Shown piece after piece: positions 58,340-64,000 of a DNA stretch of 64,000 bases. How positions within the stretch are numbered: position 1 is the first letter of the stretch; each line of letters opens with the position of its first letter. Under the pieces are notes generated by a model that saw nothing but the letters and a program-made list of their open reading frames with translations, did no database searches and was not told the DNA's origin. The stretch covers positions 1 to 64,000 of the forward strand of contig JAQGDQ010000415.1 of NCBI GenBank assembly GCA_030141605.1. The letters are read 5' to 3'. Origin of the DNA: Tubiluchus corallicola (Eukaryota; Animalia; Priapulida). Made by a program: the position numbers and the translations under genes.

Positions 58340-59410
58340 TATTAAGTCCTGCAAGTCCTATGATCATGTCAACAGCTCGTGCTTGTATATCGTGATCTTG
58401 ATATTGTTCAAGTCTCTGTTGTGAAATTGTATATGCATTTGAACTTCTTCTTAATAAGTGTTTGTGCTTATAGATCTTCTAATGCTTATTATACAGATAC
58501 TTTTGGTGTTTCCGGGGTTGACGTTCTTAAGTGTTTAGGCAACATTATTATCAATTTATGCTCTACATTCGAGATAATTGTTTGTGGTGACTTGCATTTT
58601 CCTTGCATTAACTGGCCAAATCCTAATTCTGTGTCTTGGTTAGAAAAGCGTATTTCTTGATTTTGTAAACAACAATTTATTAATTCAATGTGTTAATTTT
58701 CCTACTTGCCAAAAGAGTGTTCATGATCTTGTACTGGGTAATTGTTTTGAACGTATTTCAGTAGTTAAACTTGCCTTTGTTTTACTAAAAGTGATCATGA
58801 TACTGATTTTTTATTAATATAATTTGGCATTGGCAAAGTCATTTACCTAAAAATGAACCAGCTTTAAATTTTTCTCCTGCAAAAATCAATCATATAATAC
58901 AAAATCCTGATCTGATAAATTGGTATGATTTATTTTATGGTAAAGATGTGATTGAGTGCTCAGATATTTTTCTTTCTTGCTACCAATCTGCTATCTCAAG
59001 GCATGTACCTGTTGTTTAAGTTAGATGTTCTAAATCTCTAAATCCATGGGAAAAGATTCTAAAGTTGGTAGATTAAAAAAGAAAAAGAAACGTTTAGGGC
59101 AAATTTATAAACAAAATCATGCTGTTTGCAATGCTAAGATGAATTCTGAACGTAACCTGGTTAATAATATTTCTACTACTGGAAGCAGCAAGAATTTTTT
59201 TTAAAAAGTCTTTTCATCCCGAAGCTCGTGTTTCTCATATTTGAAACTGTTCTGGTTGTTTAATTACAGATATATTTTCTGTTGCTAACTGTATAAACGA
59301 TAATTTTGCTTCACTTTTTCTGAAGAATCAGAAAATGTTGAATTACCTATACCACTATGTCGGTACAATAACAGTACCGAAGATGTGTCTTTTTCCATTA
59401 ATGGTATTGT
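58340..59410 (+). mobile_element. Degenerate CR1-like LINE endonuclease/tether region
   Basis: VCAYRSSN..IIVCGDLHFPCINW..DLVL APE-like motifs with stops; continues at 63340-64000. Confidence 0.7.
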
Positions 59411-60384
59411 AATGAGTGATGTTAGCAATGGCGTAATTTGCATAATTATCTCGCTGGGTGGCGCTAATTACCGGGTAACCGCGCGTCAGCTACAGGTGAT
59501 CACAATGCATGACCAGTTCCTTTTTCCGACCTGATACTTTTGCATTTCACTTCCTCGGTTCTTCTTCCTGCTGTTTCGATGTCAGATCACCAAATGCTAA
59601 ATTGATTATAGCTAAGAAAGTATTACTAAATATTAGGGGTTAAGAAACAAATGAAACTAAAAATATACTGGGATAATATGGTCGCCGAAATGTTGTTTTG
59701 TGCTGTTGACTAATCACGAGTGTCACTTGTTGACCTGGTAACGCATATTTGTGCTAGAGGTGTATATCAAGGGAGAAAACTGCCTCTAAAAGAAATCTCC
59801 GAACGCCTCCGTGTTTTATGTGACGTCACAATGTTAGCCAATGATTATTTTTCCATGCAAATATGGAAGTAGTGTTAATAAAGGCTGGCATCCATTGTGT
59901 TGACCTTCAGAAGGATCTACATCAATAAATTATAATAGTTAGTATCAATGAAACTCATTCATTTCTTCTTCTAGTCGAACTGCTCACTGTGAGATCCAAC
60001 AGTGCGTACTGCGAGCGCGTAAGTCGTCATGTGCTCATTCTTGACCAATCAGAAGTGTACATGTACCAAAATGTCAGCACTCAGTAAAGTGGTACGTAAA
60101 CAATAATAATTACGTGAATTATTGACTCTGTTTATAAGTGTGAATTCACATTCGAGATTTTGAATATAATGGAATGTCAAGCCGTTATCAGCGAATACGT
60201 AAAAGACTCTTCTTGTGCAGCAGCAATGGATGCAGAGGTATAGTTATGTGATGACTTGGATATTATGTTTTTGCCTCAGTAGATATAGAGTATTTTGAAG
60301 TGATGAGTATCCAGATGTTTCTAGAAGAGGATACATGATTTTAGTTAAAGGCTATTTGAACCATAAGACCCTCTGTGTTTCCAG

Positions 60385-61641
60385 ATTGTATTGACAGTTT
60401 AAGTCACACACTACTATTAGATAATTTGAAAGAACTTGGATTTGAACAATCAGCATTAAATTAATTAATGATTACCTACAAAATAGAAAGCAGCGGGTTA
60501 AAATAAACTCTACAACATTCTCAGATTGGGCTAACCTTCAACGAGGTATCCCACAGGGCACACTGTTGGGACCTCTACTGTTTAACCTTTATATCAATAA
60601 TATTTCTATTATATGTTACGCAATATGCAGACGACACGACTATTTATCTGGCTCACAAGAATATCAGCATTGCAAAACAGTACTTAGAAAAAGACATAAA
60701 GAATATCAACATGGCATTTAATTATTATAAGCTAAAAATGAATAGTGACAACAGAATTTATGGTATTATCCACAACAATTAACAATACTGAAAATACAGC
60801 TGCTATATCCTTGCAAATAGAAAATACAGTTATCGTGCAGTCAAATGTTGTTAATTTCTTAGGCGTGAAGTTGAACAACATGCTTACATGGGAAGAGCAG
60901 TTCATCAACATTTATAAAAAAATGGCATTAAGTACTTCGTACCTTCGACAAATCAGAGGACAGCTATCAAAACAAACAAAAATTCTAATTTACAAAACTT
61001 TAATCTTGCCCCATTATTTATATGCCTGCATACTGTACCAAAATGTGAAAAGAGAGTCATACATCAAATTAAATGTATTTCAAAACTATGCTTTATGATT
61101 AGTTAATGGTCATTCTTTGAAGTCATCTCACAATACAAGTATATATTCTGCCACCTCTTTAAGAAACTCCATGAAAATCCCCATATTAGAAGTCGACAGA
61201 GATTATCAAACTCTCTTGTTTATCTACAATATTAATTCTCCTTTCAAAAACAGTAAGCCCCCACTTCTTGAAAACCCCAGTATGAATAACAGAAAACTAA
61301 ATTTAAGAAACATTAGAACGAACAATCAATATGGAAAGAATTCCATTATTAAGCAAGCAATACAACTTTGGAATTCATTACCGACATCACTAAAACACAG
61401 CAGCTCTTTATCAATATTCAAGCCTAAATTAAAAAAACATTTAATGACTCGTTTTGAATATCCGACATACGAACACGATTATACTTATTCAAATCATAAT
61501 TTCATTTTTCCTAGACCTTTCTAAACTAGTTTATATTTTATTTTTGAATTTCTAGTTGCACTTATAGTTTAGCTTGCACCAGACACATTTGCCCAGAACA
61601 GTGTATGTTTTTATATGAACAAACACTGATTGTCTGTCTTT
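60385..61641 (+). mobile_element. Second (duplicated) copy of the LINE RT fragment
   Basis: Duplicate of 56875-58130. Confidence 0.88.
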
Positions 61642-63339
61642 TATTATGATGGTCAATGTTTTTAAAATGGCAAATAATGATTTTACTACTACCACTAATA
61701 CTACTAGATGTTTATAAAGGAGAATGTACTTCCACTAAGTGTAGAAAACTGGTTTATGTTGGCCCATTAAACTTAAACATTTCGAGAAGTCTTCCCCTAC
61801 ATCTTCTAGCAGAAGGCCGATACCAATCCAGTTTTTCCACTTCCTTTTGCCAAAAGAGTGTTCATGATCTTGTACTGGGTAATTGTTTTGAACGTATTTC
61901 AGTAGTTAAACTTGCCTTTGTTTTACTAAAAGTGATCATGATACTGATTTTTTATTAATATAATTTGGCATTGGCAAAGTCATTTACCTAAAAATGAACC
62001 AGCTTTAAATTTTTCTCCTGCAAAAATCAATCATATAATACAAAATCCTGATCTGATAAATTGGTATGATTTATTTTATGGTAAAGATGTGATTGAGTGC
62101 TCAGATATTTTTCTTTCTTGCTACCAATCTGCTATCTCAAGGCATGTACCTGTTGTTTAAGTTAGATGTTCTAAATCTCTAAATCCATGGGAAAAGATTC
62201 TAAAGTTGGTAGATTAAAAAAGAAAAAGAAACGTTTAGGGCAAATTTATAAACAAAATCATGCTGTTTGCAATGCTAAGATGAATTCTGAACGTAACCTG
62301 GTTAATAATATTTCTACTACTGGAAGCAGCAAGAATTTTTTTTAAAAAGTCTTTTCATCCCGAAGCCCGTGTTTCTCATATTTGAAACTGTTTGGCATTG
62401 GCAAAGTCATTTACCTAAAAATGAACCAGCTTTAAATTTTTCTCCTGCAAAAATCAATCATATAATACAAAATCCTGATCTGATAAATTGGTATGATTTA
62501 TTTTATGGTAAAGATGTGATTGAGTGCTCAGATATTTTTCTTTCTTGCTACCAATCTGCTATCTCAAGGCATGTACCTGTTGTTTAAGTTAGATGTTCTA
62601 AATCTCTAAATCCATGGGAAAAGATTCTAAAGTTGGTAGATTAAAAAAGAAAAAGAAACGTTTAGGGCAAATTTATAAACAAAATCATGCTGTTTGCAAT
62701 GCTAAGATGAATTCTGAACGTAACCTGGTTAATAATATTTCTACTACTGGAAGCAGCAAGAATTTTTTTTAAAAAGTCTTTTCATCCCGAAGCCCGTGTT
62801 TCTCATATTTGAAACTGTTCTGGTTGTTTAATTACAGATATATTTTCTGTTGCTAACTGTATAAACGATAATTTTGCTTCACTTTTTCTGAAGAATCAGA
62901 AAATGTTGAATTACCTATACCACTATGTCGGTACAATAACAGTACCGAAGATGTGTCTTTTTCCATTAATGGTATTGTAATGAGTGATGTTAGCAATGGC
63001 GTAATTTGCATAATTATCTCGCTGGGTGGCGCTAATTACCGGGTAACCGCGCGTCAGCTACAGGTGATCACAATGCATGACCAGTTCCTTTTTCCGACCT
63101 GATACTTTTGCATTTCACTTCCTCGGTTCTTCTTCCTGCTGTTTCGATGTCAGATCACCAAATGCTAAATTGATTATAGCTAAGAAAGTATTACTAAATA
63201 TTAGGGGTTAAGAAACAAATGAAACTAAAAATATACTGGGATAATATGGTCGCCGAAATGTTGTTTTGTGCTGTTGACTAATCACGAGTGTCACTTGTTG
63301 ACCTGGTAACGCATACTGCCATCTGTTGTGTAATCAGGG

Positions 63340-64000
63340 AACTTGTGTTCTAAAATCACTAATTACTCTTGGTTTGGGTTTTTAAAACCTTGGAAATCTC
63401 GCGGTCCTGACGGCATTAGTTCGTCTCAGTTTGCATCACACTGCCCAATTAGAAGATCTTTAGATTCTGGTAAACCCACTTCATGGCCTAATGCAAATGT
63501 CATTCCTTTCCCAAAGTTTGTTAATACCGCGAAATGTGATGAATTGAGACTTATATCACTTTTTTCGATTCTATTCAAACATGGTCTGATCAGTGGTTTT
63601 TGCAGTTGAAGCCCATTACGTGTGCACTGTCACATATGAGAAGCCATGTTAGTTATAATTACGCAATTAATGATAAAACAGAATGCGAGGTTTCCAGTTT
63701 TAAGGACCTGGAAGTTTAGGAGTGATTGTGTCTAATGATTTGAAGGTTAGTGATCATATTGCTGAATTAGAAAACAAAGCCAATAATGAAAACTGTAATC
63801 AGTAAACTTTCATTTTGCCATTTTATAAAAGTTTGGTCCGTCCTTTATTGGAGTAGGCTGTTGTTGTATGTTACGTATATTCAACACCTCGAAGCAATTC
63901 ATAAGCGTTGTCTTCATTTGGTGCACGATATTGATTTATCGTAGAACAATTTATCGTCTTCTCTAGAACAAGAACGGACTACTATTGATTTGGTATATGC
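63340..64000 (+). mobile_element. Degenerate CR1-like LINE RT remnants
   Basis: LKPWKSRGPDGIS, WPNANVIPFPK, LRLISL, GVIVSNDLK, YKSLVRPLLE. Confidence 0.75.

Larger units (their letters stand above)
56237..63316. repeat. Near-identical 3.5-kb tandem segmental duplication (56237-59746 / 59747-63316)
   Basis: Offset 3510; only a few SNPs seen; copy 2 has a ~370-bp deletion and a 427-bp internal duplication. Confidence 0.93.

Noticed and set aside
57235-61958. Duplicated ORFs (57606..58013, 61117..61524 etc.) as host genes
   Set aside because: Frameshifted LINE ORF2 remnants copied by the segmental duplication

Overview
AT-rich, intron- and repeat-rich DNA from an invertebrate animal (species not determinable from sequence). 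It holds three main things. (1) A convergent pair of single-coding-exon paralogs at 1689-2687 (+) and 5540-6538 (-). They encode 332-aa secreted Gly/Ser-rich proteins with a highly conserved ~150-aa C-terminal domain I do not recognise. (2) A complete 24-coding-exon KIAA0319-like (AAVR-type) gene on the minus strand (ATG 50423, stop 15881, 1102 aa by manual splicing; signal peptide, MANSC, 2 EGF-like, S/T linker, 5 PKD, EGF-like, TM, tail). (3) Many MITEs, SINEs, LINE fragments, minisatellites, Penelope-type hammerhead repeats and a recent 3.5-kb tandem duplication at 56-63 kb. The most notable observations are: an antisense intronic copy of the KIAA0319L terminal exon whose substitutions are mostly synonymous; a 4x tandem array of competing splice acceptors; a 5S-rRNA-headed bipartite RTE-type SINE with a TSD; and a gene-conversion-like tract plus conserved 3'UTR motifs in the secreted-protein pair. 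All coordinates were counted by hand and no database searches were run.
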